Virus record (IMG/VR): IMGVR_UViG_3300048861_000081
Span: 3,689 to 67,688 of that record
Direction: 5' to 3' (one strand)
Source of the DNA: a virus
Lineage: Duplodnaviria; Caudoviricetes
Length of the DNA stretch: 64,000 nucleotides
Shown here: piece after piece, positions 8,133 to 17,038 of the stretch
How the letters are laid out: every line of letters begins with the position of its first letter
Position numbering within the stretch: position 1 is the stretch's first letter
The notes under the pieces: generated by a model
The model's input: only the letters and a program-made list of their open reading frames with translations
Database searches by the model: none
Told to the model about the DNA's origin: nothing
Position numbers and translations under genes: made by a program

Positions 8133-9331
8133 GCTTCACCGCCTTTCTCTTCCTCGGCCTTTGTCGCGTCGTAAGCGGCAAGCCAAGCATTAGCGAGGGC
8201 GGGAACGTCGCGGTATTCGCCGGGGACAGCTTTGCGGCTCATGCCGCGATGGTAGGCTTCGCCGCCGCGATCCTTGGCGGCTTCGATCTCGTCACCGGAC
8301 GGTTCGCGCGGGGCGTCAATCTTGCCCTTTCCTTCGGCGGGCTTCTTGTCGCCGCCGGACTGCGAGGGAAGATCGCCGGGGAAGGGGGCGTCGTCCTGGC
8401 TATCCGTTGGACCCGGCGCGGCGTCGCCCTTCGGCTGATCTGCTTCCTTCCCCTTGGTGTTGCCACCCTTTTTCCCGTCGCCTTCCTTTGGCTTGTCGCC
8501 CCCGTCAGCAACATCGTTAAGCTTGCCTTTCAGGTCCTTCTTCTCGCCGCCGGCATTGCCCGTCACAGCGCCGCCGAACATTTCTTCGACCGTAGCTTCG
8601 CCAGACTTCAGGGCGGCGTGCATGCCGATCAGGACGGGCATGTGTTCGATCATGATATCGTCGATGCCGCCTAGGTCGATCGATGCGACAACCTGATCGG
8701 GCTTCACGCCAAAGGCGGCAAAGGCTTTCAAGATATTGTCGCGGCGTTCTCGGAGGGTCTTAACATCGCCCTTGATCGTGGCGAGCGCGGCGTCGTGCGC
8801 CTTGCGCCAGACCGCTTTCGGAACGCCGCCAAGGATCGCGTTGCGCTTGGCGATCGAACACGCGGCGTTGCCGGTGACGATGATCATATCGTCGTCGTAG
8901 AGCTTGCCATTCGATTTCACGATCCGGCGGCGAACTCGCGCCGTTGTGGCGGTGTTCGTCTCAAGATCATGGAAAACGCCTTCGGCTTCGACGTACTTCT
9001 CGGCACGGTCGACATGCACGACGCGGGCGCCGACGCGGCAATTTCCCCATTGCCCGGCAACGATCTCGGCCAGACGGATCGACGGGCCGGTGATCGACTT
9101 TCCCCCTCGGGGTAGGGCGTAGTTGCATTCTTCGGCTGACTGCTCATCAAGCGTGACAAGTGAAAGGACGTTCTTCGTCGCCTTACTTATCGAGCGCGGG
9201 AAGGCATGCGCCGTCGAGATCTGCTGGTCGATCTCGGCCTTCGTCAGGCCGATCGCAAGCGACATCTGTTCAGTGGTAAGAGCGGTTCCGGTCTCTACGA
9301 TCTCGCCGTCTTCTGTGATTGTTTCAGGCAT
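8129..9331 (-). CDS. Putative single-strand annealing/recombination protein with disordered charged tail
   Basis: EIDQQISTAHAFPRS...GPSIRLAEI phage motif; in an operon with YqaJ nuclease and SSB; function inferred from context. Confidence 0.55.
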   Translation of the reverse strand: MPETITEDGEIVETGTALTTEQMSLAIGLTKAEIDQQISTAHAFPRSISKATKNVLSLVTLDEQSAEECNYALPRGGKSITGPSIRLAEIVAGQWGNCRVGARVVHVDRAEKYVEAEGVFHDLETNTATTARVRRRIVKSNGKLYDDDMIIVTGNAACSIAKRNAILGGVPKAVWRKAHDAALATIKGDVKTLRERRDNILKAFAAFGVKPDQVVASIDLGGIDDIMIEHMPVLIGMHAALKSGEATVEEMFGGAVTGNAGGEKKDLKGKLNDVADGGDKPKEGDGKKGGNTKGKEADQPKGDAAPGPTDSQDDAPFPGDLPSQSGGDKKPAEGKGKIDAPREPSGDEIEAAKDRGGEAYHRGMSRKAVPGEYRDVPALANAWLAAYDATKAEEEKGGEA

Positions 9332-9447
9332 TTCGGTTTCCTGTTTGTTGACGTTGAAAGGGGGGCCGGGGGTTCGCTGCGGCAGGCTGATCCGCTGCTA
9401 CCGCCCCGGCCGTCCGACGCCGGCCGTTGGCCGTGGGGTTCGCCGGA

Positions 9448-10131
9448 CTAGAAGCTTTCAGGCCAGGCGCCGGCGGGCGCCGGTTCCAGGCGCTTCTTGG
9501 CCGGCTTTCCTTCCGGCTTTTCCTTCGCGTAGTGGACGGCGGCTTCCGGCAGCATCCCGATCCGATGAAGCTCGCGCATGATCAGCAGCGCGCCGTGGGC
9601 GTCGTCGACGGCGCCGTGGGCCTTGAATTGGGCTGGCTTGACCTTGAAGTAATCGAGCGCTTCGGTCAGGTTCGGGAACTTCAGGCCCTTGCCGTTCGGA
9701 CGCGGTATGCGGCAAATTCCGGTCAGCGGGCGCATGACGCAGATGTTTTTCGTCCGATCAAACAGATCGTCGCGGCCGGCACGTCGAAGCTCGCCGCGCA
9801 TGATCTTGCAATCATACTGCGCATTGAAGGCAACTACGATCAGGCCGCGCTCGATCTCGTCGACATAGGCGTCAAGCGCGACGCTGATATCGGCGCCGTT
9901 CGCACGAAGGAAGTCATCGGTCAGGCCGTTGACAGCGCCGGCGCTATTCGGCCCCTGCGGCATCGACCAGCCATCGGGGCGAACGTAGACGTCCTGGCGA
10001 TCGACTTCCTTCAGATCCTCGTCAGCCCAAATCATGGACAGGTGCGCAAGGCGCGGCTGACCCGGCGCGTCAGCGGGCAAACTGAAGTCATGGAGGCCGG
10101 TCGTTTCGGTATCGATGACAAGATACTTCAT
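9448..10131 (-). CDS. DEDDh 3'-5' exonuclease (DnaQ/epsilon-like)
   Basis: IDTETTG, VAFNAQYD, AHGAVDDA. Confidence 0.9.
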   Translation of the reverse strand: MKYLVIDTETTGLHDFSLPADAPGQPRLAHLSMIWADEDLKEVDRQDVYVRPDGWSMPQGPNSAGAVNGLTDDFLRANGADISVALDAYVDEIERGLIVVAFNAQYDCKIMRGELRRAGRDDLFDRTKNICVMRPLTGICRIPRPNGKGLKFPNLTEALDYFKVKPAQFKAHGAVDDAHGALLIMRELHRIGMLPEAAVHYAKEKPEGKPAKKRLEPAPAGAWPESF

Positions 10132-10169
10132 GTCAGATTTCCTTTTAATCGTTGGAAATTGTTAGGAAA

Positions 10170-10186
10170 GTTGGAATAAAACCAAC
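10170..10186. promoter_or_regulatory. Putative repressor operator
   Basis: GTTGGA-ATAAA-ACCAAC, intergenic; matches shared 17-bp palindrome. Confidence 0.7.
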
Positions 10187-10204
10187 TTTGAAGGCAAAAA
10201 AATA

Positions 10205-10975
10205 TCAGCGCCGGAAGGTCGCTTTGACTTCCTCCTTGAAATGAACGCCCGGAAGTTGCGAAGCGCCTTTGTGGATCTTGACGTAAGCCTTGAGGGCGGT
10301 TTCAACCTCGGCGCGTTTGAAGTAGGGCCGCAAGCGATCGAGAGGAATATTCTCGTAATCGGTGATGTCGAAGGTCCAATCCTTCTTTGCGCCGGCGGTT
10401 ACGCCGGTCTCGGTCTTGACCTTCGAAAAGTCGTTCGCCGCTACGCTTGCCCGCGCTTCGGCTTCGTCTGCCTTAGCGGCGATCTCATCGGCCGCGTCTT
10501 CCTTTTTCGCGGCTGTCGCAGGGCGTTTAGCTGCTTCCGCCTGCTGGCGAAGACGCTCTTCTTCCGCTCGAAGGGCCGCCGCTTCTTCGGCGGCTGCCCG
10601 CGCTGCGTCTGCCGCCTTCTTGCGTTGGAACGCGGAGGCGAGGTCGGTAAAGACGGAAGTGATCCGGTCGAGCCGCTCGGTGTACTGCTTAAAGAAGCCG
10701 TCGACCTTCCGGCCGCCGGTCAGGTAAGGTTCCTTTTCTTCGACCCGCTTCGCGTCCAGGCGCTTCGAAAGCCCCATCACGTCGGTGACAAGTTCGCCGA
10801 CCTTTCCGAGGTCATCGTCGTCTTTGATCTCGCGCGGCGTACCGTTCGCGCGAATGATCATCTTGTCGAATTCCGAAACGATGTCCTTGTGGGTGTCGCC
10901 GAGGACTTCTTCCAAGGGCGGATTATTGCCGCCGATGACGGCGCGTTCGTTTATATCTTCCGTCGCTTCCATCAA
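10205..10975 (-). CDS. Coiled-coil phage protein (Gp157/Gam-like architecture, uncertain)
   Basis: Long Ala/Glu/Lys heptad region; located between YqaJ nuclease and exonuclease. Confidence 0.55.
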   Translation of the reverse strand: MMEATEDINERAVIGGNNPPLEEVLGDTHKDIVSEFDKMIIRANGTPREIKDDDDLGKVGELVTDVMGLSKRLDAKRVEEKEPYLTGGRKVDGFFKQYTERLDRITSVFTDLASAFQRKKAADAARAAAEEAAALRAEEERLRQQAEAAKRPATAAKKEDAADEIAAKADEAEARASVAANDFSKVKTETGVTAGAKKDWTFDITDYENIPLDRLRPYFKRAEVETALKAYVKIHKGASQLPGVHFKEEVKATFRR

Positions 10976-11021
10976 AATTCCTTCCCGAACGGAGCTCTAG
11001 TTTCACGGCGCTGCAACCGGC

Positions 11022-11951
11022 CTATTCCGGCTGCGGCACCCGTAGGACGCGGAAGGACGTTGCCCGTCCGTCAGGTCCAAATTTCCGTTGCGTCTTCCAT
11101 GTGATCCGCTCGCCGCCCTTCAGGTAGGCGATCGTCGCGCCCTTCATCAGCGCCTTTATTTCCGCGTCGGTTTTGGCAAGCGTCTTCTCGTCTTCGCCGA
11201 TCCGCGTCTTCAGCATCCACCGCGCCCCGATCAGATCGGGGATGCGGTCATTCTGCGACAGGTCGATTTCTTCGCCTTGGTCGACAGCATAGACCGCGTC
11301 TATCGCGTCGGCGTCGCGGGCGAAGTCAGGCGCCGGTTCTTCGCCGCGCTCGATCATGTCCCAAAAGGCGAGGCTTTCGCGCTTTATCCGATCGACGACG
11401 CCGGGGATCAGCGGCACGTTGATGATCGGCAAGTCGATCCCATGCCCGACGACAAGCGGCGCGACAGCGGCCCAGGATGACCCCGTCATGTAGGCTTCAA
11501 GGATCGCCTGGATCGCGATCCATAGCGGCGGTTCCGGCAGGTCGCCATCACCGAGCCACTTGCGCCGATACGCCGACCGCTCGACGCTCTTGATCTGAAC
11601 GATCCCTGGGCCGCGATCGGGGTCTTCGGCGAAGACGTCAGGCGTCGCGCCGATGCGGAATTCAGGATCTCGAAGATAGATCGTGCCGCGCCCGGTATTA
11701 TGATGGATCGACCAAGTCGGCCGAAGTTCCCGAAGCAATTGGACAGCGACAGGTTCAAGGAGCCGGCCCCGCTTGATCGCGGGGCTTTCTTCTACATCGT
11801 CCACAAGACGACCGGATTTCGCCGCCCACAGTTCGAAGCGCGTCGTAAACTCGTGAACGCCGATCAGGGCGCCGGCAACTGACGCGGTGATGTCCCGCGC
11901 CCTGAGTTTATGCCATGCCGCATTATTGCGGGGGTTGAACCGGTCGATCAT
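11022..11951 (-). CDS. YqaJ/lambda-exonuclease-family viral recombinase nuclease
   Basis: WHKLRARDITAS, KRGRLLEP, IGATPD, IVQIKS, IQAILEAY. Confidence 0.9.
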   Translation of the reverse strand: MIDRFNPRNNAAWHKLRARDITASVAGALIGVHEFTTRFELWAAKSGRLVDDVEESPAIKRGRLLEPVAVQLLRELRPTWSIHHNTGRGTIYLRDPEFRIGATPDVFAEDPDRGPGIVQIKSVERSAYRRKWLGDGDLPEPPLWIAIQAILEAYMTGSSWAAVAPLVVGHGIDLPIINVPLIPGVVDRIKRESLAFWDMIERGEEPAPDFARDADAIDAVYAVDQGEEIDLSQNDRIPDLIGARWMLKTRIGEDEKTLAKTDAEIKALMKGATIAYLKGGERITWKTQRKFGPDGRATSFRVLRVPQPE

Positions 11952-12301
11952 GCGCGCACCTTGCATATGCCGCACTCGCCGGGGACATACATCGACCTGA
12001 TAGCGTGGACGGCAGCGATCCTCGTTTCGCCCCCGACGCCTCCCACGTGACAGATGCCGATCGCAACCGTACAGGCGATCAAAAATTTACTGGCTACGGT
12101 TGTTGTTTTCGCTAACACAATCGCGCAAGTCATGAGGTGGGCGACCGAAGATGCTCCAAAACGGAGCGATAAAAGGGTTGAGGCGACGGCGTTGCTGTCG
12201 TTCAAATTAACGTTTTTTTCGAGAAGTCCCTCTGCCATCTGATGAACGATGACAGACTTCACGTGTTTTGCCGTATCCTCATCGGCGTATTCAATTTCCA
12301 T
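11948..12301 (-). CDS. Hypothetical protein (lower GC)
   Basis: ATGA overlap with yqaJ-like gene. Confidence 0.55.
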   Translation of the reverse strand: MEIEYADEDTAKHVKSVIVHQMAEGLLEKNVNLNDSNAVASTLLSLRFGASSVAHLMTCAIVLAKTTTVASKFLIACTVAIGICHVGGVGGETRIAAVHAIRSMYVPGECGICKVRA

Positions 12302-12417
12302 TTTTTTAGGCCCCGACAGTACTTAGTTGTGAAGTTACGCCGTTATATTTGACCATCGGATGCCGGCAAACGCATCGATGTTTACGGCCGGGTCAGTATT
12401 CCCGGCCGAATGGTAGA

Positions 12418-13599
12418 TCAGACGATAACCTTATCGAGGATACGCCGCGCCTCTTGTTCCATTTCGACACGCGTGTCGCTGTTGGCTTCCTTTTGCGAGA
12501 CGCGGGTAATTCCCTGCGCGAAGTCCCAGGCAGTCCTCGCCGGACGGCCTTCATGTTCTTCGACGCTTTCGAAGATCTCCAAAGCCTTCTTGCGGCTGAA
12601 GTTTCGGCCTGCGAGGAATTCGAGCGCTTCATCCTGATCGCTTGCGAGCTTTGCGGCCTTGGCCCGCTCAACGCCATCGATCAGCTTTGTCGTACTGCCC
12701 TCGGCGAAAGATCGAAGTGCCGGGCGGGCTTCTTCGATGAAACGGCTCGGGGCGTATTTGCTGTGGCGCATCGTGATTTCTTGGAAACATTCGACGCCCC
12801 ACATGATGCGGTTGCAGCAAACGGCGCGAAGATAGAAGGCCGCAAGGCGCAGCGAACCCGACCCAACTTCTGAGTTGCTGATGTAGAAGCCCCGAAACAT
12901 CAGGTCTGGGTTGCCGTCCGGCAGCTTCCCGATTTCGATCGGGTTAAGATCATCGACGAGAAAGATGAAGACGTCCCGGTCGCTTGCATAGAGGGAGGTC
13001 GTATCGGCAGTAACCGGCGCAAGGGGGTCGTATTCCATCGTCCGCCAATCGAGAACACCGGGAACCTTCCAGCGCGTGTCGCCGACACCATTCCCGGCGA
13101 CTTGCTGAACAGCCGCAACGACTTCCTTGTCGAAAATTCGGCCATAGTCGGGGCCGGTCGCGGCGAGAAGACTGCCGCCGTCCGCGTAAAGCTTTACCTG
13201 TTCGCCTTCCCGATTGTAGCGAAGCCCGTAGGACAGCGCGTCGGATACGATCTGAGAAGGCAAGGTCCGGTAGTGGCCGGCCGGCGCCTTTGCGAGACCG
13301 CAAATCTGCCCAAACGACCAATGGCTCGGGGATGCCGTCGACCCATCCGGCAGGCCGACCCAAAGATCATGAGTTTCGGCCATCGTCTTAGGCTGTTCGG
13401 GCGCGAAGAATTCGATCTTTTTCGTGTTGACGATGTCTTCGCGGCAGCGGTCAGCGCGGGTAGAGACAGCGTCATGAAGTTCATTCAGGGATAGAAATTT
13501 CTGATCTGCGGGGCGCGAAAGCCACTGGCGGCTTAGGTCAGTGCGGGTTTCGCCGCGTTCAAAATTTCCAACTTTGCGGGCGGCGGCGGGGGAATTCAT
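12418..13599 (-). CDS. DUF932-family protein
   Basis: SRQWLSRP...HWSFGQ...LYASDRDVFIFLVD...RGFYISNSEVG...RAVCCNRIMWG signature. Confidence 0.8.
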   Translation of the reverse strand: MNSPAAARKVGNFERGETRTDLSRQWLSRPADQKFLSLNELHDAVSTRADRCREDIVNTKKIEFFAPEQPKTMAETHDLWVGLPDGSTASPSHWSFGQICGLAKAPAGHYRTLPSQIVSDALSYGLRYNREGEQVKLYADGGSLLAATGPDYGRIFDKEVVAAVQQVAGNGVGDTRWKVPGVLDWRTMEYDPLAPVTADTTSLYASDRDVFIFLVDDLNPIEIGKLPDGNPDLMFRGFYISNSEVGSGSLRLAAFYLRAVCCNRIMWGVECFQEITMRHSKYAPSRFIEEARPALRSFAEGSTTKLIDGVERAKAAKLASDQDEALEFLAGRNFSRKKALEIFESVEEHEGRPARTAWDFAQGITRVSQKEANSDTRVEMEQEARRILDKVIV

Positions 13600-13654
13600 A
13601 CTATCTCCGATCGATAATTATTGAGGCATCATCAAAGTTGATTAACTGTACGTA

Positions 13655-13671
13655 GTAGGATTTAATCCAAC
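13655..13671. promoter_or_regulatory. Putative repressor operator (leftward, OL-like)
   Basis: GTAGGA-TTTAA-TCCAAC upstream of the DUF932 gene. Confidence 0.75.
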
Positions 13672-13888
13672 AGCGTTAACGCGTCAATCCAACTTTTTCA
13701 GAATATTTTTGCGATCTGGATGGGAAATAGTGGGAAATCCGGGCACAAAAATGCGCGCTCTCGGGCGCGCTCGCGGATCATATTAGGAAAACAAGGGGAT
13801 AGGCTTACCCCAAAAGGGTAAGCCGTATATCCCCGTTAAGGATTAATTATTTTAATCCCCGTGCGCGTACGCACGAAAGGTTCCCCGA

Positions 13889-14572
13889 TCATACCGGGAG
13901 ACCGAAGACGCGTATCGAGCGGAGGATCAAGCCGACGATGACGATGTCGTCAGCCACAGCAAGCGGCGCCATTTCCCCGCGAGCCGGCTTTGCGCTAAGG
14001 CGCAAGCCCTCGCGGCTCTCTTCGACTATCCGCGCCGTCAGTTCATAGAGCCCGGATCCGCTATCATGGCGGACGAGAACAACGTCGCCGTCGTGGATCA
14101 CCCGACCGGCCTGTTCTAATGCTTCCAATTTGACGATGCATATTAGAGACCCGTCGTTGATACCTATGCCCGCCGCGTGATCGCCGCGAACGACGTATGC
14201 CTCTTGATCGTCGGCCGGATACCGGGGATCAGGATTGAGAGGGAGGGGACCAAAGTCGGGAAGCGCGTAATCGACCGGACGCCACGCGTCGGCCTCGCAG
14301 ACACCAGCCAATCGCAAATTGTGCTCCAATCTATCTGGATATTCCCGTCCAATCAGACGCGGTTTGTCCTGGCGGCCCAGCAAATAATCGGGGTCGCATT
14401 GCAGAGCGCGCGCCGCGTCCTGCAATTTGCTTTCGCGGATGGTATGTTTTTTCTCGATTAATAAATCATTGAAATAGGAACGCTCGAACCCTGCGATCCG
14501 AGCCGCTTCAAATGGATTAAGTCCGAGGTCATCGAGCCGTGCTCGAACTCGGTTTCTGATCAAATCGCCCAT
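13889..14572 (-). CDS. CI-like repressor: N-terminal HTH plus degenerate S24-like C-terminal domain
   Basis: HTH-like N-terminus; PDPRYP...YVVRGD and GDVVLVR S24-like scaffold; divergent from cro-like gene. Confidence 0.85.
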   Translation of the reverse strand: MGDLIRNRVRARLDDLGLNPFEAARIAGFERSYFNDLLIEKKHTIRESKLQDAARALQCDPDYLLGRQDKPRLIGREYPDRLEHNLRLAGVCEADAWRPVDYALPDFGPLPLNPDPRYPADDQEAYVVRGDHAAGIGINDGSLICIVKLEALEQAGRVIHDGDVVLVRHDSGSGLYELTARIVEESREGLRLSAKPARGEMAPLAVADDIVIVGLILRSIRVFGLPV

Positions 14573-14671
14573 TATTTACCCCATACAGTTTGGCGGCGAA
14601 AAGTTGAGTACAATAGAAATATATCCAACTTTTTGAAAAGTTCCAGCGTAATAAAATTTTACACACTCCCC

Positions 14672-14700
14672 TTGCCGTTGGAAATAATCCAACTTAGGTT
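14672..14700 (+). promoter_or_regulatory. Putative PR-like sigma70 promoter
   Basis: TTGCCG-N17-TAGGTT ending 9 nt before the cro-like ATG. Confidence 0.55.
14677..14693. promoter_or_regulatory. Putative repressor operator (OR-like), perfect palindrome
   Basis: GTTGGA-AATAA-TCCAAC filling the PR spacer; degenerate copy ATAGAA-ATATA-TCCAAC at 14613-14629. Confidence 0.8.
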
Positions 14701-14709
14701 AGCGGGGCT

Positions 14710-15087
14710 ATGACATACCTATCGTTATTCCGAAAAAACCTTGCGGCCCTCAGTTCCGCCCTTGCCGATGCAGCGAACGTTTCGCCAAGCTCGATAGGGA
14801 AGTACGTGGCCCGCGATCCGAAATTTTTCGCCAGTTGCCAGGAAAAGGATATCCGGGCGGGGACCTATGATTTTATCCTCGCTCGCTTTTCCGCGCTTTG
14901 GCCCGATCATCTGCCGTGGCCTGACGGCGTCGACCGTCCGGCCGCGTCCCCCATCGAACCCGAAACACTCGACTGGTTCTTGCCGAGGCTGAAGCCGCGC
15001 GAGAAGGCCGACCAACTGCCGAGCGATTGGCCGAAGGGACAGCCGTGGCCGGACGACATCGAAATACCGGAGAATGCCAATGGCTAA
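14710..15087 (+). CDS. Cro-like regulator
   Basis: Divergent from repressor; SPSSIGKYVARDPKFF...FSALWPDHLPWP motif typical of alphaproteobacterial phage Cro-like proteins. Confidence 0.7.
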   Translation: MTYLSLFRKNLAALSSALADAANVSPSSIGKYVARDPKFFASCQEKDIRAGTYDFILARFSALWPDHLPWPDGVDRPAASPIEPETLDWFLPRLKPREKADQLPSDWPKGQPWPDDIEIPENANG

Positions 15088-15472
15088 GAAGATCAAGCAG
15101 ACGGCGTCAGCCGCATCCGGCGGCGTCCCCGCTGAAGACCTAAAGCGCGTGGTCAAGGAATTTCATCGCCAGACCGCACAGGCTGCCGAATACAACGGTC
15201 GCGCCGGTCAGGCGATCAAGACCATCATCGACAATCACAATCTCGATCGGAAGGCGTTCCGTTTCGCCCTCGGCCTTTCCAAGATGGAAGAGACGAAGCG
15301 TCAGGCAACCTTGCGCGCGCTGATCGACTACGCCCACAAGCTCGAAATGTTCGATGCTGTAGACGCATTCGACGACATCGTTTCGCGGATGGAGCAAATC
15401 TCCGAAGAAATCCGCTCGCGTTCCGACAAGCCCGGCAAGACCGACAGCGTCGTTTCCGCCGTTCTCAACTAG
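15080..15472 (+). CDS. GapR/DUF2312-like nucleoid-associated protein
   Basis: DLKRVVKEF...LDRKAFRFALGLSKMEETKRQ...LIDYAHKLEM parallels the GapR consensus. Confidence 0.6.
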   Translation: MAKKIKQTASAASGGVPAEDLKRVVKEFHRQTAQAAEYNGRAGQAIKTIIDNHNLDRKAFRFALGLSKMEETKRQATLRALIDYAHKLEMFDAVDAFDDIVSRMEQISEEIRSRSDKPGKTDSVVSAVLN

Positions 15473-15484
15473 TCGTTTCAGCCG

Positions 15485-15515
15485 CCGGGCGCCGCGATAG
15501 GCGCCCGGTTTTTTT
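15485..15515 (+). terminator. Intrinsic terminator
   Basis: CCGGGCGCC-6nt-GGCGCCCGG followed by T7. Confidence 0.85.
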
Positions 15516-15675
15516 ACCGATCGGCGCAACCGGGTTTTGCTTCGCGCCATCAGGGGCCGGTCCTCAAATCAAGCGATAAAGCAAGAAGAGTACCGCTCCC
15601 CACATCGTTCATAGGGGACCTATAATGCTGCGCTTAGCTATTACGACCACCATCCCGTCGAAAAAAGGGACCGGG

Positions 15676-15888
15676 ATGATTTGGTTCGTTCTCGAAACTG
15701 ATCTCAATGACATGGTCGACGTCCACAACCGTCTTGTAACGGACGGCTGCATTCGCGGCACCAAAGTTATGACGGCGGACGGCGTCGACGGCGATCGCGT
15801 TGTTACCGCTCGCGAGCCGTTCATCATTGGCAAGGGCGCCGTTGGAACGATCGCGCCTTGTCATTTCAATTACCGCGAGGTCGCGTAA
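15676..15888 (+). CDS. Hypothetical protein
   Basis: AAAGGGA RBS-like sequence before ATG 15676. Confidence 0.55.
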   Translation: MIWFVLETDLNDMVDVHNRLVTDGCIRGTKVMTADGVDGDRVVTAREPFIIGKGAVGTIAPCHFNYREVA

Positions 15889-15889
15889 C

Positions 15890-16450
15890 GTGGCCGGATC
15901 TATCCTTTTCCTTGACCTTGCAACTAAGTCCGGCTTCGCCGATGGCGAGCCAGGCAAGAAGCCGTACTTCGGATCGATGCGCTTCGCCCCCGAAGGGGCG
16001 GGCAGCGGCGCCATCTTCGGCGGCTGCTTCAAATGGATCGCCGAGCGGTGCCAAACCTTCAAGCCGAAGACGATCGTCTATGAGGCGCCGCTTGACCCGC
16101 GCCACGTGGGGCCGAAGACGACGCGCGACACGGCTATGCGCCTGATAGGGCTGCCGGCCGTCGTCGAAGCTGCCGCTTATCTCTGCGGCGTGTGGGATGT
16201 TCGCGAAGCCCGCGCCGACGATGTCCGTCTATTCCTGCTTGGGATGCGCCCGAAGAAGGACGAGGCGAAGCGCCTGGTCATGGCGAAGCTACGCGCGCTT
16301 GGCTACGACGTCGACGGCCCCGACGCCGCAGATGCCCTTGCTGGTTGGCTTTACGCTTGCAGCATCATCGCGCCCGGCGTTGCCCGCGATACGACGTCGC
16401 TGTTCGGCGAGATCCGCACCGAAGCAATGAAGTCGGGGGCGCCGTTCTGA
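15890..16450 (+). CDS. RuvC-like Holliday junction resolvase
   Basis: ILFLDLATKSG, IVYEAP, DAADALA acidic RNase H-fold motifs; GTG start. Confidence 0.7.
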   Translation: MAGSILFLDLATKSGFADGEPGKKPYFGSMRFAPEGAGSGAIFGGCFKWIAERCQTFKPKTIVYEAPLDPRHVGPKTTRDTAMRLIGLPAVVEAAAYLCGVWDVREARADDVRLFLLGMRPKKDEAKRLVMAKLRALGYDVDGPDAADALAGWLYACSIIAPGVARDTTSLFGEIRTEAMKSGAPF

Positions 16451-16716
16451 TGCGCGTTTCCGACGTTCAAAGGCGCCTTCGCCAGCTATCCGACGACCGA
16501 AATATTCCTGAACTTTCCGAGCTTGCTGACCATCTATCGCGCCGCCGCCCTGATCGGGTGGCGCCGATCAAGTCCGCAACCATGACGGACAGCTTGCGGC
16601 GGGACATCCGGGCCTATGCGGCGGCGAACCCGACCGCGTCGCAGATGGAAATCGGCCGGAAATTCAACGTCAATCCGGGGCGCATCTCGGAAGCGCTGCG
16701 CGGCGTACGGCAATGA
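16450..16716 (+). CDS. HTH DNA-binding protein
   Basis: SQMEIGRKFNVNPGRISEALRG; TGATG overlap. Confidence 0.7.
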   Translation: MRVSDVQRRLRQLSDDRNIPELSELADHLSRRRPDRVAPIKSATMTDSLRRDIRAYAAANPTASQMEIGRKFNVNPGRISEALRGVRQ

Positions 16717-17030
16717 CGGGTCAGCGGAAGCGCGCCGGCCTCATGGAGATGGCCGTCCTTATCGGCGACGAAGCCCGGCGCATCCGCTTCACCCAAAATG
16801 CGCTTGTAAAGGCTGGCATCAACAAAGCGCCGACGCCTAGCGAAATCCGCCGCGCCGAAGTTTTCGAAGATGCCGAACGACTGATCTACGCGATCCAACC
16901 GGTTCGCGATCAGGTCCACAAAATCCTTGCCCCCGTCATCGCCGCCATGGCCACGGCCGACAATTTCCCAAGAACGGAACCGGAGCCGCCCGCCCCGGAG
17001 CCAGACGACGCAGAACAATCAATTGACTGA
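16713..17030 (+). CDS. Hypothetical protein
   Basis: ATGA overlap. Confidence 0.65.
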   Translation: MTGQRKRAGLMEMAVLIGDEARRIRFTQNALVKAGINKAPTPSEIRRAEVFEDAERLIYAIQPVRDQVHKILAPVIAAMATADNFPRTEPEPPAPEPDDAEQSID

Positions 17031-17038
17031 GGATATCT

